A DNA stretch of 64,000 bases from Amoebophrya sp. A120 (GCA_905178155.1 CAJINV010000012.1:2935412-2999411), one strand, 5' to 3'. Positions 25,101 through 36,976 are shown, numbered from the stretch's first letter. Numbers and translations are program-made. Notes: generated by a model from the letters alone, not told the origin.

Positions 25101-27870
25101 TTTTGATGGGTACTTGATTGTGATTTTTATTTTTTACCGCACGCAATAAAATTCCATGCAATACAACTGAGACCCATAGAGCGAGGAAGAGGAACGAAAA
25201 CGACGTAAGAACAGCAAGTAGTGCATTAGCATAAGCGAAGTGGTGCACCAGTCGACGTCCATAGAAGCTACAGCCTGTCTGCAAATCTGAAAATTCGCGC
25301 GAACGTCATCAAAACCCATTCTATACTTTCCGCCCTTCCCGACCAGTCCAAACGCCTTCGCTTCTTCCACCGCAATCTCGCTGAATTCTTGGAAGAACGA
25401 CCGCGCGTTTGGCGTGACCCCCCGCACCTGCATCGCCTCCAACACGCTATCCTCTGCAAAAGTATCATACTCGTAGTAATCGCTACCATGCATGACAAAG
25501 ATCCCTGTTTAGGTAAAATAGCATGATAAGCTGCGTCTTTCTTCTTGAAAAAATTTGTAATGCAATTCATACTAGACCGATACAACTTTTGCAAGGCATA
25601 CAACCCCGACAGATACAACTGCGGCTTCTCGGTCGCGGAGCAAACCGCAGCGCAGACCGTTTTAAAGTCGCCCGAAACCGCGCCAGACGACACGATGCCC
25701 GTCCAGTAGGTGAACTTGCACTGCAGCAGTTCCAGCCTCGTTTTGCAGATCCGCAGCATTTCCAGCGACTCCTTTGGCACCGGGGCGACTAGGTTCTCCA
25801 AATTTGCTTGTTGCTGCACCTGCTCCAGGGCCTTCGCGACACATTGCAGCCCGTTTTTCAAATAGTCGCCGGATTGGCAGCTCTCCATCGCGAGGATGAT
25901 TTCGAACGCAATGCGGACCCGGAACGGCAGAAACTGGATGTTCTGCAGCGGTAAAAAACTTTCGTTCGTTAAAGTACTGATCCACGTGAGCATCGGTACC
26001 GCGACGTATGCGAAGGAATTCTGCCGGAGAAATTTCGCGATTCGCAGCGCCAACACCAACGCATTGTAGACTAGCGGGTAGGAGATTTCCTCTATCCGGA
26101 GCGACACGTTTTCCGGGACCGTTAAAATTTTCCCCCCCGTTTCTGCATCCCGCCCGAAATGGACCAAGTCCGGGAAGTTTGTCAGGAGCGCAACCGCGTT
26201 CTGCAAATCCAGCAGAACCGCCCGGATGTCCTCCACAGAGTCGACTTTCTGCAGCGAAAAGTCCTTCAGCATCGTCAGGCGGAACACGCAGAACGTCCGA
26301 CCCAGTAAAAACCTCGTGATTACTATCACAGGAAAATAAAAGTGTTACAGTTACACATTTGTTGGGGTTTCTGCATCACAAAGTTTCTCGACATGGCAAG
26401 GAAAATCTGTGCTCCGCAGACTGTAAGGGAAAACACGAATGAAATGAGGTTGGCAAGCATTTCCTGCATGGCAGAGGTTGTCTGTCTTGCGGCTCCTGCA
26501 TAGACTATGTGTGTAACTGTAACACTTTTTTCTCATGATAATTACCTGGCAACACCGGACCGGGTCGTTTATGATGTCCAGCTCGCACTATTGTGACGAA
26601 AAATCCCCCCTCCCCATACTCAAAATGGATATTTGTGATGCTCATTTGGGGCCACAAATCAGCTTTGTCTTGCATATGAGGCAAACAATGGGAGCCGTGT
26701 CGCGCATTCCACGGCCAAGCTGTCATGCGGTTTTGCCTACTGCAAAGCTGTCTGTCATGCCTGAGTGCTATCCTTTTGCATACCTAACCAGGCGTAGGAA
26801 ATGCAAATGCCTGCATCAAGCGCTTGCTGCAATACATTTGTGTACACAAATCTAGCAACAGAAATTTTTGTCTTTATATGGGAAAGGGGGCTTTTTTCAC
26901 ATTGATACGCACTTGTTCGGCTTAAGTCCGTTGTCTGCGTTGTTGAAGTTCCGGTCGCGCACGTACTTCATCGCCAGGTCCGAAAACCGGTCGTACATTT
27001 CCTGCAACACGAGGCTGTAAAGATGGAAGTCCGACATCAATTTCTCGCTGTAGTTGCACAACGTGAGCAAGAAGTCCACGTGCGGGATATCCTATGTAAA
27101 AACGTCCTCACCCCAGAGTTGTCATGCAAATGTGCAATGACAGGCACATTTGTAATGCGCAGCGGCATGAGAGGCATTACCAATCGAGTTTTGGAATTTG
27201 TAATGCTGTAAACAGGATGAGAAACAAGTGGCTTTCTCATGCGGCTTCCCTTGCCAACCAGAAAGTTACTGCAGAGGGAAACTTGTCATGCACAGCTCCC
27301 AAAACTTGGAGATTTGTGTTGCTAGATTCCCATTCCCAACTTGACTAAGCATGGGGTGGGGACGTTTTTACTTAGGATACGGGACCTTGTGGTTCAGCGC
27401 CTTCTGGCAGATCGTGTTGATAAACATATCAAATGTAAAAATGTCTGGGTCTGGAAGAATGCATGTTTGTCATGCTTGTCTGGCATGAGTCTTAAATCTG
27501 TCATGCAAGTTACCCAAAAGCTCCATTTTTCTGTGATGCAGAAACGCAGTTTGTCATGCAGAATAGGCAACACCTAGAAGCTCAGAAACTTGTGATGCTG
27601 AGCCAGCATTTCTGGCCTCATCGTGAGACGCCACCCAGCATCACAAGTTTCCAGAGGACCCAGACGTTTTTACATTTGATAAAACACCCGCCATTGCAAA
27701 AATTTTTCGTTGGGAACGTGGTGCGCGGTTATGATCGTGGTCCCGTTGTGCAGCGCGATCTGAATCTCGTCGTACAAAGATTCGAACTGGTTAATCAGCT
27801 CGTTCAGGTTGTTCCGCGCCTCGTCGTCCATCGGGGGCGGTGGGGGTATCTTCGTCACGGAGCCCGGCAT
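1199..27870 (-). CDS. CFAP54: Cilia- and flagella-associated protein 54-like, very large multi-exon gene with ~51 introner introns plus a few canonical introns
   Basis: Exons join in frame after element removal at the junctions tested (e.g. EDDPP|LDFDP across 6076-6327). Recalled similarity to CFAP54: N-terminal ISYPLVYNALVLALRIAKFL...PLQNIQFLPFRVRIAFEII (25600-26320); YMLYGK...VQITGLTPNSNYSFAV (17120-17650); ALLFTQLHKYVA...LLQARTLLLTDKISDCYYELLQI and YSDENLQAIDAL (7030-7670). Start MPGSVTKIPPPP at 27870, stop at 1199. That it is a single gene is inferred. Confidence 0.75.
3416..3625. mobile_element. Introner family D (representative of ~13 copies including loosely related ones, mostly ~210 bp)
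   Basis: TIR TATCNNNAGAAAAAAAACTGTG, TSD GAGAC. Other copies: 3167-3378, 10546-10760, 12453-12661, 13840-14055, 15565-15773, 26324-26540, 42619-42892, 59857-60065; subfamily 9337-9547 and 30954-31163; loosely related 15023-15201 and 54537-54719. Confidence 0.85.
4173..4478. mobile_element. Introner family G (4 copies, ~306-311 bp)
   Basis: TIR TATGGANNNGTCAGRATNGAAATCGACAAA, TSD CGGCA. Other copies: 50683-50989, 52664-52974, 55014-55321. Confidence 0.88.
4554..4832. mobile_element. Introner family B (representative of ~10 copies, ~280-310 bp)
   Basis: TIR TAT-N7-AAAAACGTCCCCACCCCAGA, TSD GCTCG. Other copies: 8953-9232, 15815-16092, 17322-17603, 22111-22398, 27088-27379, 31218-31526, 32057-32345, 47735-48017, 49261-49544. 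Confidence 0.9.
6076..6327. mobile_element. Introner family A (representative of ~39 copies, ~250-290 bp)
   Basis: TIR TATCAAATGYAAAWATGTCTGGGTCTGGAA, TSD CAGTG. Other copies: 1449-1699, 1861-2130, 3673-3925, 5240-5505, 6432-6688, 6762-7023, 7728-7991, 8301-8552, 8625-8887, 9746-10011, 12145-12395, 12922-13176, 14400-14662, 15260-15528, 16531-16790, 16843-17114, 19053-19324, 20237-20488, 20569-20827, 21780-22044, 23372-23651, 24345-24612, 27427-27681, 30369-30656, 30720-31188, 32397-32663, 32896-33172, 41615-41879, 43328-43583, 46725-46991, 47397-47663, 53255-53509, 53963-54216, 57730-57977, 58396-58673, 60435-60701, 60933-61188, 61711-61972. Confidence 0.93.
9556..9701. mobile_element. Introner family E (representative of ~6 copies, ~145-190 bp)
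   Basis: TIR TAT-N7-AAAAGTATCRTACTCGTA, TSD GGTAC/GGCAC. Other copies: 2199-2386, 25448-25600, 54808-54957, 58078-58244, 62999-63148. Confidence 0.85.
10809..11129. mobile_element. Introner family C (representative of ~9 copies, ~310-325 bp)
   Basis: TIR TAT-N7-AAAAATCCCCCCTCCCCATAT, TSD CGACA. Other copies: 18188-18509, 24667-24981, 26589-26907, 31691-32011, 34799-35106, 35846-36153, 45219-45543, 57363-57683. Confidence 0.9.
14156..14305. mobile_element. Introner family F (3 copies, ~150-175 bp)
   Basis: TIR contains AAATTTCCTGTACATGTACA, TSD GATTT. Other copies: 23729-23904 (degenerate) and 24042-24201 (TSD CGTTT). Confidence 0.8.
19885..20190. mobile_element. Introner family H (2 closely similar copies, ~306 bp)
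   Basis: TIR TAT-N6-GAAAARTGCCCCCACCCC, TSD CGGAC. Second copy 53572-53879 (TSD CAATC) has the same internal sequence. Confidence 0.88.
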
Positions 27871-28614
27871 GGTGAAAATGCTGGTCGTGCTGTTCTTGGC
27901 GGCTACAGTATTAACTCAGTAGAGTGAGTAGTTACTACCACTGCGTTAGTATTGTATTGCCGCCCCAGCGAAGCACGGATAATTCGCCACAACCGACCGA
28001 TGTGCGCAGCTTGGAGCAGGTTACAGCCAACCTATCCCACCTATGGTACCGCCGTGGGCCTTAGCCTTACGCCGAGCAGAAGAACGCATACGCAACGAGA
28101 AGATTTTCATATTTTTTCCTTTACGTCATGGTTTGTCGATTGGGTTATTTTCATTACATCCATAAAGCTCTTGTTGTACTCACTTGACACGACATCTTGT
28201 TGGAGGTTGTGTCACGACATGAGGACAGAGCGGTTGTAAGTAGCGCTTCTGTCTGGTCATCAAAGGCGCAATAAGATCTCATCTGCCGTCTTGACAGTGA
28301 GTACTTTCTCATGCGCTCACAGTAGCACAACTCCAGTTGTACCTCGTGTGCCTTCAGCCTGAATATCAATCTCACCTCGCTCCTGAAAGACGTGTTAGTT
28401 GCTCAAAAGCTCTCTCCCTCTGACTCCTGCTGCGGCTGCCATGATCTAGTACCCTCCTTCTCCCGCCACAGCGGGGCGCTCGATCCGTCCTCCAACGGCT
28501 CTCAGGAAGCGGAATCCAGAAGAAACACCTCTGCGATTGCGACAGTCAAACGCTTGTTCAACATCTCATCCGGGCGGTTTAGAAAAACCGCAGCGCCAGT
28601 GACTGCCTTTTTCA

Positions 28615-29986
28615 TCGCACAGGGTTGTGAATGTTTCATCTACTTCTGACACTTATAGAGGCTGTGCAACAATTGGACCCCCTTTCGACAGGTCGAAAGG
28701 GGGGGGGGGTAGGTAGGTCGACTGCCGGAAACCGGCGGCCGGCCCGCCGATGTGTGGGTGGGGGTCCGGCCCCACAACGGCCCGTGGCTCGGTCGCCGGC
28801 TCCCCCGGCACTGGTCGGAGGCCCGCCTTTGCTTGTGTGCAGGCACTTATCCACAGCGCCGGGCTTCACTACTCCGACAAGGAACAAAGCGCACTCCGCT
28901 TTGTTCTTTGTCGGAGCAACGAGCCACCGAAACCGGCCCCGCGCAGCATGATACTGGAATGGCCTCAGCTTACGCACTGGCCCACAGCTCTACTTTTTGG
29001 GGGGTTGCGCCGTGACCTGCTACGCCCTGTTACTTTTCACCCTTCACGGGGCACAGCAGGCGCGAGCCCTGCCTTTCACTCCGCCGATTTTCCGTCGGGA
29101 AAGGGGTTCTGTTGCATGGCCTGGCGCGCGATACGAGGCCGCGCGCCATCCCATGGCGGGTCATTTTATTCTGGCCGGAATGGTGCAGACGTTTTTTGGA
29201 ATTGACTCACAACTTGGCTCCGCGATTCTGATAGTAGATCGCAGGACCGCATCCGGCGAAGCGACTTTTTTGGCTGTGTGGCAACGACGACCACAGGCGG
29301 ACTTTTTATTTGTTAACTTGTGCAAGCACGTCTGTTGAGCAGGGAGCGGCGTTTCTGGCCTTTTATTTGTTAATCTCCTGCGGCCGTGCTTGCTCGCCGA
29401 GTGAGAGAATCTCTTTGACAAAGAGATTCTCTACAGATGAGGGAGAATCTCTTTGGCAAAGAGATTCTCGCGGCCCTGCCCCATCCTCCCGTCCCTGCCC
29501 GGTCCCGCCGGGGACTGCTGTCGAGCCTCCCCATCTGGGGCAGCCACTGCCCTGGGTAGCCAGAATTGGCTACGTGCGCGGGCGCGGGCGCGTGCGGGCG
29601 GGCGAAGAAAAAATTTTCGGCCCCCGCGCCCGGATCCGGCTGCGGGCCTCACAATCACGGGCAGAGAAATTTTTTATTTTCAAAACTTTGAGGGCCCGCG
29701 CGGGCAAGGCAATACTTTATAAAAAATTTGGCCGCGCGGCACACTTGCAAACAGACCTCGCGCGGCTTCGACCTCTCTTCAGGCTTCGCGAGCGCACGCA
29801 AAGGTCCGCCGCTGCCCAAAAACAAAACAGTGCGACGCTGGACAGAATGAGGCACGCCACGTCAGAAGCAAAAACCGCGAGAGGGAAGCGAAGGTGGGAA
29901 GCTTCGTCGTTCTATTTGCAACGAGCGGCAGAGCTAGAAAGCAAACCGATGTCGCACAGGGTTGTGAATGTTTCATCTACTTCTGA
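28615..29986. mobile_element. Putative 1.3-kb GC-rich, hairpin-rich insertion bounded by a perfect 35-bp direct repeat
   Basis: TCGCACAGGGTTGTGAATGTTTCATCTACTTCTGA occurs at 28615-28649 and 29952-29986. Internal palindromes at 28678-28703, 28872-28916, 29404-29432 and 29443-29469. No recognisable coding domain. Confidence 0.5.
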
Positions 29987-30313
29987 AGCTTAACTTTTTG
30001 TCCTGCCAAAGAAATCAGACTCAAAACTCTGTTCTTTCCCCGGCGTGAATTTAATATTTGATGCAGGCGCTTGTTTTGCTTCTGATTATATCCACTTATA
30101 GTAGAAGAAGAAGTTTTAGTCTCTTTTATTATTTGCAACAAAAATTATCGGTTCCAAAATTCCCAGCGATGTCGCAGCAGGAAAAGGCTTTGCTCCTGCC
30201 CACGAATCGACTTAAAAAACTGACTTAGTTACCCATCACGAAAATTTTTTACTGCTATTTCATTTCCAGCAAAGAGTAAACAAGCTTTATTTCCCCTGTC
30301 CTCCCCAACAAAC

Positions 30314-33272
30314 TTAGTTCAGCTCTGGAATGATTTCCCGAAAGCTCAGCACTGCTTCTAACCGGCCGTATGCATTGCAAATCACTATCCCTAGATATCT
30401 GGATTTGTCGTGCAATGGATTCGAAGAGAAACCAGATCTGTATTATGCATGGAGAGGATTGGGCAGTATTTTTGTCGTGCTGGCAGGCTGTTTATTCAGT
30501 TTTCCATACTATTATCACGAATGAATTCGCAAGAAGGAGAAGCCGCGGAATAAAACAACTTCTCATGCTGTTATGCCGTACAAGTGGCCGGTCTGCACTG
30601 GGAGTATCAGCAACACAAAGAACTTCCAGACATCTAGGGATATTTCTCAATGCATAAATCGGTGGAGAAATCCATCCCGCCCAGCTCGTCGAAGCCACGG
30701 ATGGTGTACTCGGTTTTTCTATGCATTCCAAATACCCCTGGAAGATTTCTGGATTTGTCATGCGAAAGTTGCGCGCCGCCAAGATCTGTGTTGGGAGGCG
30801 GGGATAAGTACTTAGGCGAGCTCAGTTTGTCATGCTAAAAACGAATCAACTCGCAGTGAAAGAACCCGAAAGCAAACTCGTGAAGATGCGTTCACGCAGG
30901 AGAAAAAGCTGCTTTGTGAAGCAACGCTCGGCATGACCTTTATCCAGACCCAGTATGGAGAGAAAAAAGTTTGTCACTGTCACTAACTTGCGGGCTTTGC
31001 ATTGCAAATTTTTTTAGCATCACAACTTTCCTCTGTGTTGCAGAAACACTAGGGAAACCCCTAAGGAAGTTTCGCTGTGATGCATTTTTACGCATGACAG
31101 AAAGAAAGTTTTGTATTGCAAAAATGCGCATGAGTGATCGTGACGAACTTTTTTTGTTTGATACCCAGAGAAATATTTGCATTCGATATTTTCCATCCTT
31201 GATCAAGACGATGCTGGTATCCTGAGTAAAAACGTCCCCGCGATTCCATTTTTGTCAAGCAACACGGCAAGGCAAAAATGTTTCTGATGCGCAACTCCAT
31301 GCGAAGCAGAAATTTCTTACAGTGTTTATGAATTTCTTATGCCAGAATCAGGATGAGGTGGCCAATTTGTGATGCGACTGCACATCAACTTGCGAAACAG
31401 CATTACGCTGCGAGGCCCAAGAATGATCTCTCAAGCGCAACAACGCGCAAAGCTTGTTGGTTTGTGCAGACAAAAATTTCCCATCTTGACCTCGGGGTCG
31501 TGTGGGCCTCGTTTTTACACAGGATAGCTGGGCAGCATCCAGATGTGCAATTTCTCGCAGAGGTAGGGTACCTTCTCCGCGTTCACGCAGCAGAACCGGG
31601 TGGTCACGTACCGCTGCGCTAACGTCTCGAAGTGCTTCGTCATCACATCGCTGTTCAGGTTTCCCACCCGGTAGAAGACGCAGGCCATCTTGTCAAAAGG
31701 AAAAATCCCCCCTCCCCATATCGAAAAGGAGATCTGTGATGCTGGATTTGCGTACACAAATCAGATTTGTCTTGCAGTGGACGACTGCATGCAGATCGCA
31801 AGCCTAGCTAGGGGCCTTTCGGTGTAGGCGCCTAGCATGGTACGCGGCTGCCCTGTAGTCCTTACAGCATTACAAATCGCCTGCATAGCGTGGCAGAGAG
31901 CCTGGATTTGCCTTCTAGCAAGACAGACAAGATTTGTGGTCACAAATCTGCATCACAAATTTTCAATAGATACGTTTTCAATATGGGTAGGGGGGATTTT
32001 TCCTTGCAATACATCTTCTTGTTGGCTTTTGCCGCGTCGAAGAACTCCTTCTCGTCTATTGTGAGGAAAAACCTCCCCACCCCAGACAGAGCTGTCATGC
32101 AAATCTGCATGCCAAAACAGTTCCTCACCCGGTGGAAGGACCACCCCCATGCGAAGCATTTTAGAGTCGTGTCTCGGAATTAGTGGCGCTAGAATGAACC
32201 GGCATGATGTGCTAGGTCTGTGATGCTTCTGAACTAGCTAAACACGACTACACTACGAGGGCAACCTGTCATGCGAAACAACCTGTGATTTGTCTAGCAG
32301 ATTTCCCATCTTGACTCTAATGTGGGGACGTTTTTGCTCAGGATATCATCTTTCATTTCGTCGTACTTCCCACAGCCGTTGCGGATGGCTGTCTGGTATC
32401 CAATGCAAATATGTCTGGGTCTGGAAACCTGTGATGCTAAAGGATGGAAAAGTCCGGCGCTCGTCTCAAGTGCAGCCAAGCATGACAAGCTTTTTACTTG
32501 ACGCCATGTCTGATGCGTAGCACCAGCACGCATAACAAGCTGCGTCCCTGCATGAAGAAAAAGAAGCGCTTCCGCTGGAGCTGTGGAATACAGATTTTTC
32601 AGGAATGCAAGACATGCAACAGAAGTTCCACTTTTCCAGACTCACACATATTTGCAGTGCATATCTGCGCCTTCCGGTGGTTGTCCTTCATCGCCTTATA
32701 GAATTTTTAGCAATGGTAAAAAGTAGCTTGTTGATGAATAGAATCTGCAAAAGCATGACAGACAGATTGATTCCATTCCCCTGTAGGCATGACAAAACCA
32801 GGAAAAAAAAACCTTGTATTTTTCATGAAAAGAAGTGGAATTATACCTCCAGCCTTTTCCGGCGAATTTCCTCCAAATCGTCTTCATTCAACTTGTATGC
32901 ATTGCAAATATGATGCCTGGGCCTGGGAGAGTCAGAGTTTGTCATGCTAGATCTGATCGATACAAAAATCTGTACTGCATGACCAGCAAAAGCCTCCACT
33001 TTTGGGCACCAGAAGGCAACTACATTTCTCGTGCGGAATAAGCATCGAGGGGCCTTCTCAATAAAACCTGTGATGCTAGATCCCGCATGCCAAACCTTTT
33101 GGGTTTTGCGCTACCTACATGACAAACTTTGCTTGCATCTTCCAGAGGACCCAGACATATTTGCAGTTGATAACTTGTTCAACCGGTCAAGCTCCTCATC
33201 CAATTGCTCCTCCGTGTCCATCGCAGCTTGGTAAAGCTGCGTGACGACCTTGTCGCCCACCCGCTGCGCCAT
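30314..33272 (-). CDS. TXNDC9: Thioredoxin domain-containing protein 9 / phosducin-like protein 3
   Basis: Spliced product reads MAQRVGDKVVTQLYQAAMDTEEQLDEELDRLNKL...EEIRRKRLEAMK...EKEFFDAAKANKKMACVFYR...KHFETLAQRYVTTRFCCVNAEKVPYLCEKLHIWMLP...RGFDELGGMDFST...LEAVL, a typical PhLP3/TXNDC9 pattern. It has 7 introner introns (one with a nested element) and one GT-AG intron. Confidence 0.85.
30954..31163. mobile_element. Nested introner inserted in the TIR of element 30720-31188
   Basis: TAT...ATA element with TSD CCCAG splitting the host TIR CCAGACCCAG|AGAAATATTTGCATTCGATA. Its interior matches 9337-9547. Confidence 0.88.
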
Positions 33273-34569
33273 CGTGCTTGCTTTTTCTTCTACTTGAAAA
33301 TAATCTTCAGGTCAGTTTCTACTCTACTAGTACAACTTGGACATGAAGATGATGATGATAAAATAAATTCAAAATGATTATGATTTCGAAAAAAGCTAGT
33401 ATTTGTAAAAAGCCCGACGTGGTCGTGCTGGTGGTCCAAAACGTTTAGCTGGCTGGGTGCACACGACACCACTTCTATGGAGCACCTTCGTCAGGACGAG
33501 TGTGGTCGTGCACTTCATCAATTATACTAGAGACTCGTCCAGAAGAGAAATAATCACGTTTCTTCTCGTCCATACAGCATTTCTGATTTTCTCAGCAGAG
33601 CGGTCAACACTCCAAATGGATTCCTAGACTCATCTTTGTTCTCACACACTGTATGTTCCAGCAAAGTAAAACGTCGCACTGTGTGTATCAATCTGAAAAT
33701 AAATCAACACACGGGCATAGAGACAAACGGACGCGTCGCAAGTGCTGCGCTCCGAGGTGGAGGATCCATGATCTCACAGCGGCTTGCTCTCCCACGACTA
33801 GAAGACCTCTGCCTTTTCTAGTACCAACTCTTTGCTTAATCATAAACACTGCATTTGCCGACGACGCAACACAGATTGTACTCGCTTCGCCTTCTACTGC
33901 AATTTGTAATTACAGCGTATAGAAGTAGAACACACTTCAAGTCCAACAAAAAATCCTTCTTCTTCCTTTGTTTTCTTTCCTTCTTCGATTGCACGGCGCA
34001 ATGAATGATCATCACAACGGGTGTTGAGCGCTAGCAATCCCTATTGATCATAAACCAGAACCGTAGCTCCAGCACGTCGACATGCGACTCGATTGCCTGG
34101 CAACCATCCGAAAAAACTTAGTAGATTGCCTGGCAAGCATCCAATTTGCGATGTAGAATAAACATCTTTCCTTTTTAGCATTACTGGTCAGTTTCCTTCC
34201 GTGAGTTTCATTTTCTTTTGTGCTTATCCCCTTATTACTGTCTCGGTTCATGTATCACGTTCTGTGAAAAACATGAACATGAAGGTCGCCACGCTATGAT
34301 AAATTTCTAAAACATTAGATCATACACGTAGAGACGTTTCACAGGCGGCATTGCATTTGTGTGTGGCTTGGCAGTCCAGCGTAGTAATTTCAAAAAAAAA
34401 GGTAAATGAGCGACGTTCTGCCCGACTGCTTTTGAATTTCAAACTTTGTTTCAGAACTACTTCTACTTCCCAGAACAATTATACAGTACTTCTTTATCTT
34501 GTTTCCACAAATTTACGCTCCTCGTGCAAATGCTGGATTTTGAAGTGCATGTCAGTACCAACGACGAAT

Positions 34570-35160
34570 CTAGTCCCGATATTCTACATCCGTTCCGCCC
34601 GGAATATAGTGCACTGTCAACTTGAGAACCCACAGGTCCTCCCGATCCATCGCCTCCGTGATTAGTCCGGTCACAAAGAGGTTCGGCACATTGGGCAGAA
34701 GCACCGCCTTATAGAAGTAGCTGCGGGAAGGGGCAACCCCCAGCTTGTCAAAGTCGGCGCGGGAAACATCCACGCCCTCGGTCTGAACGTGGAACTCGTA
34801 TTAATGTAAAAAAAGCCCCCACCCCATATAGAAGAGGAAATTTGTGTTGCTGGATTTCTGTACACAAATTAGCTTCGTATTGCGGCAAGATGAGCGCGAA
34901 GGCCTTTTGGGTATGCAAAAGGCTAGCAGCTAGGCATGACAGACAGGTTTGCAGGAGGTGAAGGCGCATGACAGATTTGCTGTCGAACGCGGGACACGGC
35001 TCCCATTTGCCTCATTCATATGCAAGACAAAGCGGATTTGTGGTCACAAATCAGCATCACAAATTTCCGTTTTGAGCATGGGGAGGGAAGATTTTTCCTC
35101 ACAATAACTCGCTGTTGTAATTATGGTCATTTTTGTTGCAATTGTGGTCAGTTTCCTTTT
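34570..35160 (-). pseudogene. 5'-truncated duplicate (C-terminal domain only) of the secreted orphan gene; possibly an alternative last exon
   Basis: EFHVQTEGVDVSRADFDKLG...YIPGGTDVEYRD* is closely similar to the last exon of 35599-36976 and carries the same introner (34799-35106). No signal peptide or N-terminal domain lies upstream. Confidence 0.5.
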
Positions 35161-35598
35161 GTGAGTTTCGTTTTTTTTTGTGCTTATCAAATGCATTCAA
35201 CCTCTTTAGCACTAGAGGAAAAAGGTGTGTAACCGCGTTCCCACCTTCACGCACGAACACAAACAAACAAACTTCTGTCTCGGTTCATGTATCACGTTCT
35301 GTGAAAAACATGCAGATTGTCACGCTGTGAAGATACATTTCAAAACATAAGATCATACACATAGAGACGTTTCACAGGCGGCATTTGTGACTTTGAAGAT
35401 GGCGCTGGGCTCGACTGCTTTGTGTGTGGCTGGGCTCGACTGCTTTTGAATTTGAACTTTGTTTCAAAACTACTTCTTCCTTCAAAACTACTTCTTCCCA
35501 AAAACAACTATACAGTACTTCTTTACCTGGTTTCCACAAATTTACGCTCCTCGTGCAAATGCTGGATTTTGAAGTGCATGTCAGTACCAACGACGAAT

Positions 35599-36976
35599 CT
35601 AGTCCCGATATTCTACATCCGTTCCGCCCGGAATATATCCCACTGTCAACTTGAGCAAAAACAGGTCCTCCCGATTCCCCGCCTCCGGCACGCGACCGCT
35701 CTGCACGATCATTCCGCTCACTTCGAGGTTCGGCGCATTGGGCAGAAACACCTCCTTATAGAAAAAACTGCTGGAAGGGACAACCCCCAGCTTGTCAAAG
35801 TCGGCGCGGGAAAGCTCCACGCCCCTGGTCTCAACGTGGAACTCGTATTAATGTAAAAAAAGCCCCCACCCCATATAGAAGAGGAAATTTGTGTTGCTAG
35901 ATTTCTGTACACAAATTAGCTTCGTATTGCGGCAAGATGAGCGCGAAGGCCTTTTGGGTATGCAAAAGGCTAGCAGCTAGGCATGACAGACAGGTTTGCA
36001 GTAGAGGAAGCCGCATGACTGATTTGCTGTAGAACGCGGGACATGGCTTCCATTTGCCTCATTCATGTGCAAAACACAGCGGATTTGTGGTCACAAATCA
36101 GCATCGCAAATTTCCGTTTTGAGCATGGGGAGGGAAGATTTTTCCTCACAATAACGTGCTGGTAGTCAAATCTCCCATCCACGAGGGGGGAGGTAGACCC
36201 TCGCTATCCAATGGAGTCAGTAGACCGTCGCTACTATGGGCCATGAGGTGGATGCCCACCAGGGTTCGGAACGGGGTGTTCGCAAAAGCGCCCCCGTCAG
36301 GGTTCGGAAAAACGCCGCAAGAGTCTCGCAAGGGCTCGCGCAACAGCGCGTTTTCCAAGAGATGCAGAAAATGCCGAAAGCTGTCATCCAAGAGCTCCGC
36401 GTGCCCGCTCGGCCAGCGCCAGCCGCGCCTGTTGTGCCCGGCTCGCTGCGCCCGCTCCAGCACGTCCGTGGAGGTGCTGTCCGTGGTGGCTCTGGGCCCC
36501 ACATCAGGCTCAACGTAGGACAGCAGCTGCGTCGCGGGCCCCACATCAGGCTCGACGTAGGACAGCAGCTGCGTCGCGAAACCCATCCGCGGTGGGTAGT
36601 TGCTCGAGATCACATTGCGAAAGAGGCGACTAGCATGGCGAATCGGGTGCGCCTGCTGCTGGCGCTTGCTCGACGAGATCATATTGCGAAAACTGCGATT
36701 AACACAGAGCAGCGGGTTCGCCGGCTCGGGGTGAAGCAGTCCCTGGTAAAAACGTTTCCAGGAGTGTTCCATCAGATGCGTATTCAGACGCAAAATTTCT
36801 TCGGGTTCCCCCACGTTTCCATTAGCCAGGGCGTCAAAGATGGCGTGCAGGGCAGGTTCTCCAGGAAGATACGAACAAACACTGGGCGCTATAAAGTCCT
36901 GGTCTAGAGGAACCGCGGCAAAGGACGGGCCTGTGAGACAGAAAATGCTGAAGAGCAACGATCCCACGGACATCAT
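35599..36976 (-). CDS. Hypothetical secreted protein, paralog B (2 coding exons)
   Basis: Signal-peptide-like start MMSVGSLLFSIFCLTGPSFAAVP. Removing 35846-36153 plus 5 nt gives ...TTSTFHVETRGVELSRADFDKLG..., colinear with paralog C. A probable 5'-UTR GT-AG intron lies at ~36993-37046. Confidence 0.65.
36494..36578 (-). repeat. In-frame 42-bp tandem duplication (ATQLLSYVEPDVGP x2)
   Basis: Two adjacent copies of GGGCCCCACATCAGGCTCRACGTAGGACAGCAGCTGCGTCGC. Paralog C has one copy. Confidence 0.9.

Noticed and set aside
29310-29993. 227-aa plus-strand ORF in the hairpin-rich block
   Set aside because: No ATG start, low-complexity Arg/Ala/Gly content expected from GC-rich palindromes, and no recognisable domain.
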